DNA of 64,000 nt from Geopsychrobacteraceae bacterium (GTDB lineage: Bacteria > Desulfobacterota > Desulfuromonadia > Desulfuromonadales > Geopsychrobacteraceae), in contig CAXXTB010000002.1 in NCBI GenBank assembly GCA_963676795.2, positions 832,001-896,000 on the forward strand, written 5' to 3'. This document shows, piece after piece, positions 62,955 to 64,000 of the stretch. A program made the position numbers and the translations under genes. Every line of letters starts with the position of its first letter. Position 1 is the first letter of the stretch. Below the pieces are notes generated by a model. That model searched no databases, was not told the DNA's origin, and saw only the letters and a list, made by a program, of their open reading frames with translations.

Positions 62955-63500
62955 TTACGGCTTGAAGAGGTTCAGGTAGTCTCCGTAGCCTTCCGTTTCC
63001 AGTTGATCGACCGGAATAAAGCGCAAGGCTGCCGAGTTCATGCAGTAACGCAGGCCGGTCGGGGGCGGGCCATCACTGAAGACGTGCCCCAGGTGTGAGT
63101 CGGCGTGCCTGCTTCTGACCTCGGTGCGGGTCATGAAGAAGCTGCGGTCCTTACGGGTGACGATGTTCTCTGCCACCAGCGGCCTGGTGAAGCTCGGCCA
63201 GCCGGTGCCTGAATCGTACTTGTCGAGTGAACTGAACAGCGGTTCACCGGAAACGATATCGACATAGATGCCCGCCTGCTTGTTGTCCCAGTAACGGTTA
63301 TTGAAGGCCGGTTCGGTTCCTTCCTCCTGGGTGACATGGTACTGCAGGGCGCTGAGCTGTTCGCGCAGTTGCTGTTTATCGGGACGCATATAGGTCTTCT
63401 CCAACAGTGTTGTCTCGGCCATGCTCTTGTCCTGTCCCGTCAGGCAGCCGGTGCCGATCAGGAGCAGGAGCAGAATGGTGAGTCTGGTCCAGTGTTTCAT
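62955..63500 (-). CDS. msrB: Methionine-R-sulfoxide reductase with probable lipoprotein signal
   Basis: [29 protein letters not shown]. Confidence 0.95.
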   Translation of the reverse strand: MKHWTRLTILLLLLIGTGCLTGQDKSMAETTLLEKTYMRPDKQQLREQLSALQYHVTQEEGTEPAFNNRYWDNKQAGIYVDIVSGEPLFSSLDKYDSGTGWPSFTRPLVAENIVTRKDRSFFMTRTEVRSRHADSHLGHVFSDGPPPTGLRYCMNSAALRFIPVDQLETEGYGDYLNLFKP

Positions 63501-63793
63501 AGGGGCCTCCGTTCTTCTGTATGTCTGACGTTGATGTCTGAAACATACCTGACTATTTTAATGCAGGTTTAGCGGGAAGTTAAAGATCCGGTAAAGATTT
63601 TATGCAAAGGGCTGCGCTGGTCGCGGGGCCTCTGATCAGCTCGTAACAGGGGAGCAGGGGCGCTCGTCTGTCACTTTGCGTGGCGGCGGGAGGATATTCT
63701 TGCCGGGGACTGTTTCAATAAGGGCCGGTCTGACCTAAGATAAGTGTATTGGACAACTGACGATACGCAAACCTGTGAGAACGGAGACCTGCT

Positions 63794-64000
63794 ATGTCCA
63801 AAGCTGCCATCGCACGTATCATTCATACCAAACTGGTCGGTGCGGCCGATGCGCGCTCCTGTAACGCCATCGATGACCGGGCCTGCCGCGAAGTCCCGGG
63901 TAATTTCCTGCTGACCATTATCAGCCAGTTCTTTCAACAGCTCGGTGATGCTGTCGCGAATCCGAAGATTGTGCTCCCCTGGGTTATGGAGACGATCAGC
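63794..64000 (+). CDS. Probable MFS transporter, 5' fragment (runs off the window)
   Basis: GGAG RBS; open frame MSKAAIARIIHTKLVGAADARSCNAIDDRACREVPGNFLLTIISQFFQQLGDAVANPKIVLPWVMETIS, resembling the N-terminus of a permease family. Confidence 0.6.
   Translation, partial: MSKAAIARIIHTKLVGAADARSCNAIDDRACREVPGNFLLTIISQFFQQLGDAVANPKIVLPWVMETIS

Noticed and set aside
63671..63937. 88-aa minus-strand ORF
   Set aside because: Shadow of the plus-strand permease starting at 63794.

Overview
A 64-kb chromosomal window from a GC-rich anaerobic deltaproteobacterium; gene order and content suggest Desulfuromonadales (inference). From left to right: partial ettA; a tandem duplication of a two-gene module [HEAT-repeat protein + HD-GYP phosphodiesterase]; a long housekeeping run (phoH, 7TM-HD hydrolase, ybeY, corC, lnt, Na/Pi cotransporter, kdsB, pyrG, kdsA, kdsD, kdsC, lptCAB, rpoN, hpf, ptsN, hprK, rapZ, mannose-family PTS IIA/B/C/D, HPr, EI, metK); an uncharacterised three-gene operon of exported proteins (outer-membrane beta-barrel; Ig/NTF2-like/FN3-like protein; ~1240-aa helical protein with a C-terminal NTF2-like domain); aguB/aguA, mntP, cyclophilin, REC-PAS-GGDEF-EAL, REC-HDOD, SH3 protein, lipoprotein, glpX; a ~390-bp intergenic element made of two inverted, covarying hairpin units; an APH/AAA kinase; the hoxEFUYHW bidirectional [NiFe]-hydrogenase operon with a long regulatory leader; a tctCBA transporter, DUF2798-like protein, orphan PotD-like binding protein, lipoprotein MsrB and the start of an MFS transporter. 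I saw no tRNA, rRNA, CRISPR array or transposase. Best novelty candidates: the 33.4-40.1 kb exported-protein operon, the duplicated HEAT/HD-GYP module (shared N-terminal LYxxxHxQ domain, RxxK versus RxxE), and the 49.7-50.1 kb structured element. All calls come from reading motifs by eye; no searches were run.
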